DNA from: Eledone cirrhosa
Lineage: Eukaryota
Direction of reading: 5' to 3'
DNA: 64,000 nucleotides
Assembly (NCBI GenBank): GCA_964016885.1
Contig: OZ024741.1
Span: forward strand, 321,470,001-321,534,000
Within the stretch, counting starts at the first letter, position 1. Each line of letters opens with the position of its first letter. Of this stretch, positions 1 to 12,456 are shown piece by piece. The position numbers and the translations under genes are program-made. The notes under the pieces are model-generated. The model made no database searches, had not been told where the DNA came from, and saw nothing but the letters and a program-made list of their open reading frames with translations.

Positions 1-300
1 ATTTGAGAAAAGTTTAGACCCAGAAAACACAAAGACTGTCATTGTTGAAGAGTGTCAAAAATCATTTGATGAAAAGCCCCCACATTCAGCATTAATTAAG
101 GAAACAAGAAACGTATGTGATAACATACTTGGTTATGGATACTGAAAGGCTACATTTAGAAAGAAACGGAAGGATTTATTAGCAGCACAAGATCAAGCCA
201 TAAGAACAAGGTGGGTAATGAAAAACATAGACAAGAAAGATGTGCAAGCTGAATAGAGAAGTTGTTGGAAAAAAGCAAACAATTGCCCATATCATTTGAA
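1..300 (+). mobile_element. Decayed C-terminal fragment of an RLE-type (R2/R4/Dong-like) non-LTR retrotransposon
   Basis: Hand translation gives ...KETEGF/AAQDQAIRTRWVMKNIDKKD... with stops and frameshifts, resembling the ETEG-AAQDQ-RT motif that precedes the zinc knuckle in these LINEs. Confidence 0.55.
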
Positions 301-304
301 ATAG

Positions 305-2085
305 TCCAGAATGGTGAGCACGGTGGTGACGGTGATGTTGGTGAGAATGGTGGTGGTGTTGGTGAGAATGGTGGTGGTGATGGTAATGGTGGTGATGGTG
401 TTGGTGAGAATGGTGGTGGTGATGGTAATAGTGGTGGTGGTGTTGGTGACGGTAATAGTGGTGGTGGTGTTGGTGAGAATGGTGGTGGTGATGGTAATAG
501 TGGTGGTGGTGGTGCTGAGATGGTGGTGATGGTAATAGCGGTGGTGGTGTTGGTGAGAATGGTGGTGGTGTTGGTGAGAATGGTGGTGGTGATGGTAATG
601 GTGGTGATGGTGTTGGTGAGAATGGTGGTGGTGATGGTAATAGTGGTGGTGGTGTTGGTGACGGTAATAGTGGTGGTGGTGTTGGTGAGAATGGTGGTGG
701 TGATGGTAATAGTGGTGGTGGTGGTGCTGAGATGGTGGTGATGGTAATAGCGGTGGTGGCGTTGGTGAGAACGGTGGTGGTGGTGGGAAAGGTGGTGGTA
801 ACGGTAAAAGTGGTGGGGGTGGGGGTGAGAATGGTGGTGGTGATGGTAATAGTGGTGGTGGTGTTGGTGAGAATGGTGGTGGTGATGGTAATAGTGGTGG
901 TGGTGTTGGTGAGAATGGTGGTGGTGATGGTAATAGTGGTGGTGATGTTGGTGAGAATGGTGGTGGTAATAGTGGTGGTGGTGTTGGTGAGAATGGTGGT
1001 GGTGATGGTAATAGTGGTGGTGGTGGTGGTGATGGTAATAGTAGTGGTGATGTTGGTGAGAATGGTTGTGGAGATGGTAATAGTGATGGTGGTGGTGGTG
1101 AGAATGGTGGTGGTGATGGTAACAGTGGTGGTGGTGTTGGTGAGAATGGTTGTGGAGATGGTAATAGTGATGGTGGTGGTGGTGAGAATGGTGGTGGTGA
1201 TGGTAACAGTGGTGGTGGTGAGAATGGTGGTGGTGATGGTAATAGTGGTGGTGGTGGTGGTGAGAATGGTGGTGGTGATGGTAATAGTGGTGGTGATGTT
1301 GGTGAGAATGGTTGTGGAGATGGTAATAGTGATGGTGGTGGTGGTGAGAATGGTGGTGGTGATGGTAACAGTGGTGGTGGTGTTGGTGAGAATGGTGGTG
1401 GTGATGGTAACAGTGGTGGTGGTGTTGGTGAGAATGGTTGTGGAGATGGTAATAGTGGTGGTGATGTTGGTGAGAATGGTTGTGGAGATGGTAATAGTGA
1501 TGGTGGTGTTGGTGAGAATGGTGGTGGTGATGGTAACAGTGGTGGTGGTGTTGGTGAGAATGGTTGTGGAGATGGTAATAGTGGTGGTGATGTTGGTGAG
1601 AATGGTTGTGGTGATGGTAACAGTGGTGGTGGTGAGAATGGTGGTGGTGATGGTAATAGTGGTGGTGATGTTGGTGAGAATGGTTGTGGAGATGGTAATA
1701 GTGATGGTGGTGGTGGTGAGAATGGTGGTGGTGATGGTAACAGTGGTGGTGGTGTTGGTGAGAATGGTTGTGGAGATGGTAATAGTGGTGGTGATGTTGG
1801 TGAGAATGGTTGTGGAGATGGTAATAGTGGTGGTGGTGTTGGTGAGAATGGTGGTGGTGATGGTAACAGTGGTGGTGGTGTTGGTGAGAATGGTTGTGGA
1901 GATGGTAATAGTGGTGGTGATGTTGGTGAGAATGGTTGTGGTGATGGTAATAGTGGTGGTGGTGTTGGTGAGAATGGTGATGGTGACGGTAATAGCAGTG
2001 GTGATGTTGGTGAAAGCGGTGTTGGTGGTAGAGATGGTTAGACTGGTGTTGTTGATGGTGAGAGAGGTGATGTATTCGATTTTCG
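305..2085. repeat. GGT-rich minisatellite, unit about 33-39 bp (GAGAATGGTGGTGGTGATGGTAATAGTGGTGGTGGTGTTGGT)
   Basis: Directly visible tandem array; it generates the spurious Thr-rich and Val-rich ORFs. Confidence 0.95.
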
Positions 2086-2308
2086 GGGCCTTATGTGTGA
2101 TTAAACATAACGATGTTACCGCACTTCCCGGCGTCGAAGACGCTACTTTTTTCCTAAAATAAGTCTCCAAAATCTACAATCCGTCCTGGATGCCGAAGAT
2201 TGTTTATTATTTTTTTTTTTTTTTCAAGCTTTTGGATTTCAAAATTAGGGAGTGACTTCGAGGACGAAGCGTCGGGAAATTCGGTATATTGATACTTCGT
2301 TCCTGCTC

Positions 2309-2360
<52 letters not shown>

Positions 2361-2565
2361 AGTATGTACACGTACATACATATATGTATACAGACGTACA
2401 GTAGTATGTATATATATATATACATACATGCACACATATATATATGTACGTATGGATTCACCGAATATTTATTATAATGCTCGATGTGTTTGTAAACAAA
2501 CATCCCATATTAAGCCGTAGTGTCTAGCAACCATCGTTGCTCGTTTGCTCAACACTGACAAAGGA

Positions 2566-2606
2566 ACGCTGAACTAGTTTCAAGCTTATTAGCTATCGTC
2601 AGCAAC
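2566..2606 (-). ncRNA. Type I hammerhead ribozyme (GUU site)
   Basis: Reverse complement: GTTG-CTGACGA-T-AGCT aata AGCT-T-GAAA-CTAG-TT-CAGC. Confidence 0.85.
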
Positions 2607-2983
2607 CTATACCTTCCTGCCAGATTGTTGAACGTATATACTTACCTTATGCATATTAACGGCTGAGTAGCCCAATTTGCATATCGAGTGGGTTAATCGG
2701 CCGGGTGCACCGAAAACGATAAACGGAAAAAATGAAACGAAATTTCATTTCCCACTCTTAGTACGGCTGTTACTTAAATATAAGTATGTACACGTACATA
2801 CATATATGTATACAGACGTACAGTAGTATGTATATATATATATATACATACATGCACACATATATATATGTACGTATGGATTCACCGAACATTTATTATA
2901 ATGCTCGATATGCAAATTGGGCTACTCAGCCGTTAATATGCATAAGGTAAGTATATACGTTCAACAATCTGGCAGGAAGGTAT

Positions 2984-3026
2984 ACGTTGCTGACGATAGC
3001 TAATAAGCTTGAAACTAGTACAGCGT
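2984..3026 (+). ncRNA. Type I hammerhead ribozyme, minimal form with palindromic stem III (GUA site)
   Basis: ACGTTG-CTGACGA-T-AGCT aata AGCT-T-GAAA-CTAG-TA-CAGCGT; stems I and II pair and the core is intact. Confidence 0.9.
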
Positions 3027-3405
3027 TCCTTTGTCAGTGTTGAGCAAACGAGCAACAATGGTTGCTAGACACTACGGCTTAATACGGGATGTTTGTTTAC
3101 AAACACATCGAGCATTATAATAAATGTTCGGTGAATCCATACGTACATATATATATATGTGTGCATGTATGTATATATATATACATACTACTGTACGTCT
3201 GTATACATATATGTATGTACGTGTACATACTTATATTTAAGTAACAGCCGTACTAAGAGTGGGAAATGAAATTTCGTTTCATTTTTTCCGTTTATCGTTT
3301 TCGGTGCACCCGGCCGATTAACCCACTCGATATGCAAATTGGGCTACTCAGCCGTTAATATGCATAAGGTAAGTATATACGTTCAACAATCTGGCAGGAA
3401 GGTAT

Positions 3406-3448
3406 ACGTTGTTGACGATAGCTAATAAGCTTGAAACTAGTACAGCGT
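3406..3448 (+). ncRNA. Hammerhead copy with C3>U change (TTGACGA), probably impaired
   Basis: Same as 2984-3026 except the first core base. Confidence 0.75.
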
Positions 3449-3707
3449 TCCTTTGTCAGTGTTGAGCAAACGAGCAACGATGGTTGCTAGACACTACGGC
3501 TTAATACGGGATGTTTGTTTACAAACACATCGAGCATTATAATAAATGTTCGGTGAATCCATACGTACATATATATGTGTGCATGTATGTATATATATAT
3601 ACATACTACTGTACGTCTGTGTACATATATGTATGTACGTGTACATACTTATATTTAAGTAACAGCCGTACTAAGAGTGGGAAATGAAATTTCGTTTCAT
3701 TTTTTCC

Positions 3708-3766
<59 letters not shown>

Positions 3767-3845
3767 GAAGGAAGTGTGGTAAGGAACCAGATGGACCATA
3801 ACGCACCCGAATACTCAATACTTAGGATAGTAGAATGGGTAAAAT

Positions 3846-3951
3846 AAAATGTTTAACCCCGACGGCAGAGCTCAAGCCGTTTCGACGGCTATTTCTGGAC
3901 TTGAATAGCCGTCGAAATGGCTTGAGCTCTGCCGTCGGGGTTAAACATTTT
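3846..3951. repeat. Fold-back hairpin (about 48-bp arms) in a short insert between (TA)n tracts
   Basis: AAAATGTTTAACCCCGACGGCAGAGCTCAAGCC... followed by its near-perfect reverse complement. Confidence 0.9.
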
Positions 3952-3953
3952 CA

Positions 3954-4030
<77 letters not shown>

Positions 4031-4307
4031 GTAATTGCGTATATGATGGTGTGTATATGCACAGGTGCTTTGGAATGTGTATGTTTGTACGTGTATGTAT
4101 CGGTGCACCTAGGCATACGTATGTATTTCTATGGTCGGCCTATCCGTATGCAGATGTGTGTGCGCGTATGGGTTTATGTGTGTATCGGTTTGTGTGTGTG
4201 CATGTGCGTGGTGTGTGTGTTTGTGTGAGTATATGTATGTATTTGTGTGGGCGCGCAATTATATTTGAACGTGTTTGAGTTTGTGTGTGAGTGTGTGTGT
4301 TTTTGTG

Positions 4308-4545
4308 CATCATCATCATCATCATCACCGTTTTACGTCCATTCTTCCACGCTAGCATGGGTTAGACGGGTTGTCCGGTTGTGGGCAATGCCAGGTCGGG
4401 TGACCTTATCTTGCTCATACGGGAACTCATTTTGCCGCTATTTCTACAGCTGGATGCCCTTCCTAACACCAACATCATTTACCTTGAGTGCTGGGTGTGT
4501 TTTTACCGAGGCACCTACACGACCACTTTACAGTGTGGGCTGAGT
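4308..4545 (-). mobile_element. RTE-associated 3' end/SINE with (ATG)n tail
   Basis: (CAT)n plus CAGCTGGATGCCCTTCCTAACACCAAC core, shared with the copies at 47140, 52920, 53668 and 58435. Confidence 0.7.
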
Positions 4546-4549
4546 GCAG

Positions 4550-4676
<127 letters not shown>

Positions 4677-5604
4677 TCCCGTCCATTTAGCGTGATAAAA
4701 ATACCAAATGCCAGTGGTATACTGGCGGTGGAGTGATCAATGAAATAATGCGTTATAGTGAAACAATCCTAGCCACCCCTCTCACCACTAACAGCTAAGC
4801 AACCCTTTCTCTGCTCTTTTGTTCTCTCTACGTCAATAATCAACAACATTCAGTTTCCTTGGCTTTAATTTCCTGCTTTCTTAACAAGTATTTACTAAAT
4901 ATCCTCCTTATTTCATGTTCATTTAACCATCTACAGCAATTCACACATTTTATGTAGTCCTGGTGGTGGTGAGAACGGTAGTGGTGGTGATGGTTGTGGT
5001 GGTAGTAGTGGTATTGGTGAGGGTGGTGGTGGTGGTGTTAGTGGTGGTGGTATTGGTGAAAGCTGTATTGGTGATGGTTAGAGTGGTGTTGATGATGGTG
5101 GGAGGGCTGATGTGTTCAATATTTTGGTTTTCTTTTCTTTTCTTTTTCGTGGTTTTATGACTGCCATTTAACTAACTTTTATTACGACTGGTTGTTTTGT
5201 TTTTTCTTTTTTATACTTAGAAAAAATATTGAAAAATGTAATTTTGAGAGAAATGAAATAGTGAAAAAATAAATTTATTTATTTATTATGGATATTATCG
5301 TTCGTGTTTCTGTGTTCTTTTTTGGTTGTTTATTTTTTTTTGTTTTTTTATGGGGGTTTGCTTTTAAAAATAAAATAAAACCTAAAATCTACGCCCACAA
5401 AATATTTTGTAAAAATGGAGTTGACACCCTCCTCCATATCCAGCACTAGGAAGGTCATGTCACGTGACAGTGCCACGAACTGGAGTCTAAATGTTAACAA
5501 TAGTGTCACCACCACCACTGTAGTCATTACCAGGAAAGCCACCGTAAGCAACAACAACAACGACAACAGCAACAGGAACAACACCGACGACAATAATAAT
5601 TGTT

Positions 5605-5780
5605 GCTACTTTTGGAACAAGGCCAGCAACACTATCCCAGTGTATTACTGGTACTTTATTTCATCACATCTGTAAGGATGAAAGGCAAAGTTAACCTTGG
5701 CGGGATTTGAACTCAGAAAGGAAAGCGCAGTAACAATATGCCGCAAAGCATTTTGTCCGACGTTCTACTCATTCTGCCGA
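5605..5780 (-). mobile_element. tRNA-derived SINE (B-box GAGTTCAAATCC plus conserved TTTGCCTTTCATCC core)
   Basis: Reverse complement of the family at 35000-35185. Confidence 0.75.
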
Positions 5781-5799
5781 TGACAATAATAAATAATAA

Positions 5800-5831
<32 letters not shown>

Positions 5832-7216
5832 ATATTAACGGTAACTGCAACGACAACAACAGTAATAACAATGACAACAACTACAAGAAAAACAAAAGCA
5901 GATTTGAAGCAACTACTATGAAAGTTACTTAATTATTCTCTCTATTTATTCAAAAACAAGACCTGTTGACACAAACCACCAAATCAATTAAGTGCCAAAA
6001 CACAAAAGCGGAAATAACCGTTCCGCCGAGGTATTGGCGATAAAAGAGAAAAAAACACTGATATACAAAACTATAGCTATAAAATCGAGACGGTCTGAAG
6101 TGACACTACAAAGTGGGTGCAAAGGAGCACTGAAAGACATTATACCCGGTGTAGAGCATACTATTAGAGCAAAGCAATACACGGGCAGTCAAGGTTTCTT
6201 CAAAACCGAAGCACTTGATGTCAAGTATTCTGTGGGGGGACTTCGGTTCATACCTCGACGGCGTTCCACAACTTTCTGCAGCTGATGCAGAGTGATGCGA
6301 AAAGGTGGTGGTGAGGGTGGTGTTGCTGATGGTGAGGGGGTTGGTGGTATTGGTGAGACTGGTACAGCTGGTGGTGAGAGCGGTGGTGGTGTGACAAACA
6401 GACAGCATTGCTGCTGCTAGAAAGTTTTTGATCTTCAGAAATCCGCTAGAGCGAAGATGATTTTCAGAAACAAAACATTTCTAGCAGATCGTGTAGCGAA
6501 AGGCCAACAATGAAATTCTTTCTTTGGTAGCCTACTACAAAAACTATAGTTCTCACCGTCTAATCTTGTTCAAACCATCTCTTCAAGGCTGTAGGATGTT
6601 TAAATGAGTATTATGGCCGTCAACTTTTAAAAACCATACAGTAAAGTGATGCTTAATACTTTGCTTTAGTTTTCTATATAGCGATTTTATGATATTTAAC
6701 ATCCAAAGTCAAAATTTGATGATATTTAAAATGCAAAGTTAACATCGAGGGAAAGGGACAACAAACATTCATGAATAACGCAATATTTAATCAAATATTC
6801 GTTTTGCTACGTCGATATTTAAAACTGGTCATTATTTTTACGAACAATCCAATATACAACAGAATAAACAAAATCGACGAACAAAAGCAAACAGTAATAT
6901 GTATTGAAATTATAAATTGTATGTGAACGTTTTTGATTTTATCCCTTATAATTTTCCTCCGGAATGTAGGAGCACAACTCGCATGAAAATACGATATTCC
7001 TTTGTTAGATATTAGACAACAAAAACATCATCATTATCACCTGCAGCTTCAACGAAATTAAGTTTTTGTTTGACTGCGGGTCAGCTCTTATTAAGAACTA
7101 TTATATCGAAGTTGTTAAGTTGTTCCTGTACACACCATCTCGTCTTTTCTTTTCAAGAACTAGATTATATATATATATATATATATATATGTGTATGTGT
7201 GCGTGTGTGTGTGTGT

Positions 7217-7300
<84 letters not shown>

Positions 7301-7405
7301 GGTAATTCCGAAGGTAATTCCGAAGAAAAAGCAAAGGAAAAAAGAGTGCTCTATGTATAGAACAGAGCTATTTAATTAGAAAGTGAACAGCACAATATAT
7401 AACTA

Positions 7406-7479
7406 CTCCATTACCAAAGGTTTCAGGACACTAGACAATATTAATATACGTCTAGGTCTAGATCGTTCATCAGACAGAG
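7406..7479 (-). ncRNA. Type I hammerhead ribozyme
   Basis: Inverted copy of 7503-7570. Confidence 0.75.
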
Positions 7480-7502
7480 ATGTTATCAACATGTTATAAC
7501 AT

Positions 7503-7570
7503 CTCTGTCTGATGAACGATCTAGACGTGTATTAATATTGTCTAGGGTCCTGAAACCTTTGGTAATGGAG
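7503..7570 (+). ncRNA. Type I hammerhead ribozyme (GUA site)
   Basis: CTCTGT-CTGATGA-[gatctagac...gtctagggtc]-GAAA-CC ttt GG-TA-ATGGAG. Confidence 0.8.
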
Positions 7571-7664
7571 TAGTTATATATTGTAAAGGACTGTTTGAGT
7601 TTATAACTCTGAATATAATATAATATATATTTATATATATATATATATATATAATTAGAAAGAA

Positions 7665-7747
<83 letters not shown>

Positions 7748-7847
7748 AAAATGGAACGGGAACAAAACAGAGAAGCAGTACGAACAAAGGTTTATTAGTT
7801 TCACGCTCTTGAGAGTGGGGGGTGGGGAACATATATATATATATATA

Positions 7848-10408
7848 ACGATCACTTAACTACATACAAAAATTCTGCCTAAGAAAACTCATACAACACC
7901 TACACCGCACGCTACAACACATACGGACTATTTCCAGCCTTGTACCACAAGTCGCTGAAACCCCAGAACCTCTGCCCAGAGTTATCTCCGCCGCTATAGA
8001 CAGGTCATACCACCATCGCCGGGACTACGAGAAAATACGCCTAACGCAAAAATTTCTCAAACTCAGCACGGCTAACTGTCTTAACAACATCCCAACTCTA
8101 AACACCAACAGAGGCGAACAAGATGGTACCAACACCGGACCTAGCGGCGCCCCGACCAACAACACACCTGACGCAAAACACCTCGTCACAGACTTGACAG
8201 GATCCCTCTCCCGAGATGAACTAGACCTCCTCAGACTGGGTCCCAAGTTCATATTGAAACAGAGACTGACGACAAGTTATGGCTCGACATAGAAACGAAT
8301 TTCTGTCGGGCCGCCTACCAACTAAAATGGATATCGACTCTCGGCAACAACACCACGGAATCTAACAAACCCAGATTCCCGATATACCAACTGGATCGCC
8401 CACTCTGTCCACCGCCTGCCAACCGCAAGCTTGAAGAAAAACTCTCGAGGCTAAAACATTCCGTATTTAACATCTTACGGAAACAGAAGAAGACAGCCCC
8501 AAACCTCTCCAGGACACAACAACTCGCCCTGAAGAACCTGCGGAATAGGGAACTTATATACTTACCATCCGACAAAGGTAAAGAGTTTTGTGTCATCTCT
8601 CAAGCCACATACAACAACCTAGCCTTTGAACACCTAAGCGACAACAAACTATATACAGAGATCCCGGACATGACTGCAGCCCAGATCGAAAAACAGGCCA
8701 ACTCAATCTGGTTCGACATCTGAAGGAGAAGATAACTCCCAAATAAAATTAAGCTCAACTACACCACTAGAAATAGCAGACTGCCCACTTTCTATCACCT
8801 CATCAAGACCCACAAGAATAGTACTAGGACACAAATAAGACTCATCGTCTCTAGCATAGAAGGACCCCTATACAAAATCTCCTGGCTCCTCTCCCAGGTC
8901 CTCAAGCCTCTACTCTCCACCTTTCCCGGGCATGTCAGTAGCTCCGACGAAGTCATACGTAGACTACACGAACTCCAGCCAGAACAACTTAAACTAAATA
9001 GATATGCCTTTAGCCTCGACGTTGTCTCCCTTTACACTACAGTCCCCGCTCATCCAGCTGTCGATTTATTGACGGACTGCGTGGTCGCAGAGGACATCCA
9101 CTGCTACGGCCTCCATCCGACGGACATACACCAGCTTTTGTCCTTCACAGTGGACAATACGTACTTCACCTTCCACCACCACACATACAGACAGACAACA
9201 GGATTACCCATAAGATCCAGCCTATCGGGCCTACTGGCCATCACCTATATGAACCAGCTAGAATGCCGAGCCCTCAACACCTGCCATTCCCATACCTTCT
9301 TCACCCGATATGTAAATGACATACTCATCCTTACATCATCCCGTGAGGAGGCGGATAAAATATACACGACATTCTCCAGCATGGACGCCAGTATAAAGTT
9401 CAGCATGGAACACCCCGATGACCGCGGATCCCTATCTCTACTGGACTTCCAACTTAGGGTAACAGAGGAAGGCAACATCCACACCTGCTTCTATAGAAAA
9501 GCCGCCAGCGGGGACCTCTTCGTACATTTCAGATCGGCCCTCCCAGCCGGCGCTAAGTTCGGATACATAAGGAACGAACTAACAGGTATCCGGAACAAAA
9601 GCACCGACGCTAGAGACCGAGACACACACACCACACATTTCCTGGAAGTACTCAACTGAACGGATACCCGACGTCCACCACGAACCGTGCCAGAAAGAAC
9701 AGAGGACACCACACCCGAGGCACTAACACCTGCTTCCTGAAGCTCCCACACTTCAGTGACGAAACTACAACAGCCATCCGCAGGGCTATCAGACGAGAGG
9801 GACTAGATATCCAACTAGCCCACTCAGAACCTTCTCTACGCGGACAGCTAACCAAAAGACACTCCACCAGACATGACAGCCGCTGCAGGCTAGCCAACTG
9901 TCCCATCAACGACACAGACCTATGCCACCAGGCTTACGTCGTATACAGATTAGAGTGCGACAAATGCAGCAATTTCTACGTAGGTAGCACCACCAGACCA
10001 CTTCACATAAGAATAAAAGAACACCTCAATACTAACGCTTCCTCATTTAAGAAAGACCTAGTGAAATGCAAAAACACCGACAAAAACATAACAGTTAGGA
10101 TAGAAATTAAGGAAAGAAACCTCGGCAATCTTAGAATTAAGGAAGCACTGATTATAGACAAAACACAACCACCAATCAATAATAGACTAGAACTCACCAC
10201 CCAATTTATAACTTGATAGTGCACCTAGCCCCACACTTACACCCCCCACCCCTCTCACACACACGCACACACTCACACGCACACACACACACACGCGCGC
10301 GCTTAGACCTCCACTTATTCTCTCACACACACACATAGACACACAAAGACCAGTTTTAACATGATAGAGCTTAGCCCCCACATTTACGTATAGACATATC
10401 TTCTCACA

Positions 10409-10441
<33 letters not shown>

Positions 10442-10782
10442 GCATACTTACGCCTTCACGTATTCTCCCACACACTTAAACATACATGTACAAACCCCCT
10501 TTTAAAGGGAAACTACTCTTTATCCACCTAACCTTCACTCTCTGACATTAGAGATAGAATGATATCTCTATACCATTTCCTGTCAGCATGACTTGGCAAG
10601 CTAATTAGAACACTGGATTAACCACTTTACTTCCCTCCGAAGAAGAGATATTATCTCGAAAATTAAGGATATTTAAATAAATTTAAGGTAAAAGACTAAT
10701 TATCAACAATATATTTTGCATTTGCATTTATATTCTATATCCATACCTGCATTGTCTTGGCCTTACAACTACAAATACAAAC

Positions 10783-10787
<5 letters not shown>
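7848..10787 (+). mobile_element. Decayed Penelope-like retroelement (RT + GIY-YIG endonuclease)
   Basis: Motifs LLRLGPKF, PSDKGK, YHLIKTHK, SLDVVSLYT, YRQTTGLP..S.LSGLLA, RYVND and VVYRLECDKCSNFYVGSTTRPLHIRIKEH. Stops and frameshifts present. Degenerate HHR at 10634-10668 in the 3' tail; flanked by (TA)n. Confidence 0.92.
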
Positions 10788-10864
<77 letters not shown>

Positions 10865-11500
10865 GCTGCCTCCTCGTTATCGAGTATGGCCATTGCACGA
10901 TGTAATATTATTAATAATTATTAATTAATGTTATCGTGCAATGCCTGTGCGTGAAGATTTATTTTCAACTGAGGAAAGACTGTGTACTGAGCCAATCCCA
11001 CTCTCTGAGCGACAGTAGCTATAACCCGAAAAGGGGAGAAGATCAACATCATCGGTAACTACTGAGCCGCAGATTTTATGTCGGAGTTATCCCAGTTTCC
11101 TGAGTTGCCTTCTCCTAGAAGAATGCCCTTACAAAGGCTAGGAGTCCTTCACTCACAGTGGTTTAACCGCGCGATCGGGTATCCAGCCCGACTATTTCTA
11201 TGTCCCCATGCATATACATACATATGCATACATGTATCTACATATATACATATACATATATATATATACATATATATATATATGTATATGTATGGATAGC
11301 CGTTGACTCATGAGTTCTACCGCACTTTGTCAGGTTTTGTTTTTTGTCCTGCAGGGTATCCAAAATCACCCTCTTCACTAAGTAAACTTGGTGTGGTTGC
11401 CGGTTTTGTCGCTGACGACCCGACCATGAGACAGGTTGTATTGGGTTACATGTTACCAGTAGCACTCAGGAGTGATGTGTGTGTATATATATATATTATA

Positions 11501-11579
<79 letters not shown>

Positions 11580-11693
11580 ATATATAAGAACTTTTGTTCT
11601 TATATATTATGTATACTCCAGTCCTACAAACTGTAGAGTGCTTCTTATCCGATATCTGCATTGCTTTATTGTACTACAATAAAACTCACCTCC

Positions 11694-11772
<79 letters not shown>

Positions 11773-11833
11773 ATGAAATCAAAATGCAACTGGAGTCTTA
11801 TTTTTTTTTTAAATATATATATTTATTTGGTTC

Positions 11834-11869
11834 CTTTACCGGTTTCGCAGTTCTTCTGCTTTTCAAAAG
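11834..11869 (-). ncRNA. Minimal type I hammerhead, U3-A8 core variant
   Basis: Reverse complement: CTT-TTGAAAA-GCAG aagaa CTGC-GAAA-CCGG-TA-AAG. Confidence 0.75.
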
Positions 11870-11958
11870 TAGAGTTGAGATGGAGAGTCTGTGGTTTTTC
11901 TTTCACACGTGTAGGACACCTCGGTTTTTTTCATTTTGTAAAAAAACCTCACTGTCTA

Positions 11959-12088
<130 letters not shown>

Positions 12089-12115
12089 ACATATATATAT
12101 ATACATATGTATATA

Positions 12116-12151
<36 letters not shown>

Positions 12152-12180
12152 CATATATATATATACATATATATATATAC

Positions 12181-12241
<61 letters not shown>

Positions 12242-12316
12242 CACACATACATATGTACATGTATGTCTGTATATATATATATTGGAAAATCTGTGACATT
12301 CTTGGTACAGTTAGGT

Positions 12317-12453
12317 ATATTTGAAAAAAAGGAAAAGAATGACTTCACTTGTAGTGTTAAAAAATGTTATGATTTAATACTATATTATAATATTAAACCA
12401 TAAGAATTTTTAACACTACAAGTGAAGTCATTCTTTTCCTTTTTTTCAAATAT
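12317..12453. repeat. Fold-back hairpin (about 65-bp arms)
   Basis: ATATTTGAAAAAAAGGAAAAGAATGACTTCACTTGTAGTGTTAA... and its reverse complement. Confidence 0.9.
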
Positions 12454-12456
12454 ATA

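Larger units (their letters stand above)
2357..3710. mobile_element. HHR-bearing retrozyme-like insertion: 422-nt monomer, about 1.3 copies on - joined to about 1.9 copies on +, between (TA)n tracts
   Basis: Tandem period 422 (2984 vs 3406); inversion junction at CTCGAT near 2905; one HHR per monomer; no real ORF. Confidence 0.85.
7393..7583. repeat. Fold-back palindrome with an HHR on each arm
   Basis: About 90-bp inverted arms, apex near 7490. Confidence 0.9.

Noticed and set aside
305-2085. CRISPR-like periodic repeat
   Set aside because: No unique spacers, no cas genes, eukaryotic context.
179-2170. 663-aa Thr/Pro/His-rich and 476-aa Val-rich ORFs (mucin-like)
   Set aside because: They are translations of a stop-free GGT minisatellite, open on both strands, with no domain or gene context.
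10970-11050. CTGAGGA...GAAA as a hammerhead
   Set aside because: No closing stem I/III or cleavage triplet in register.
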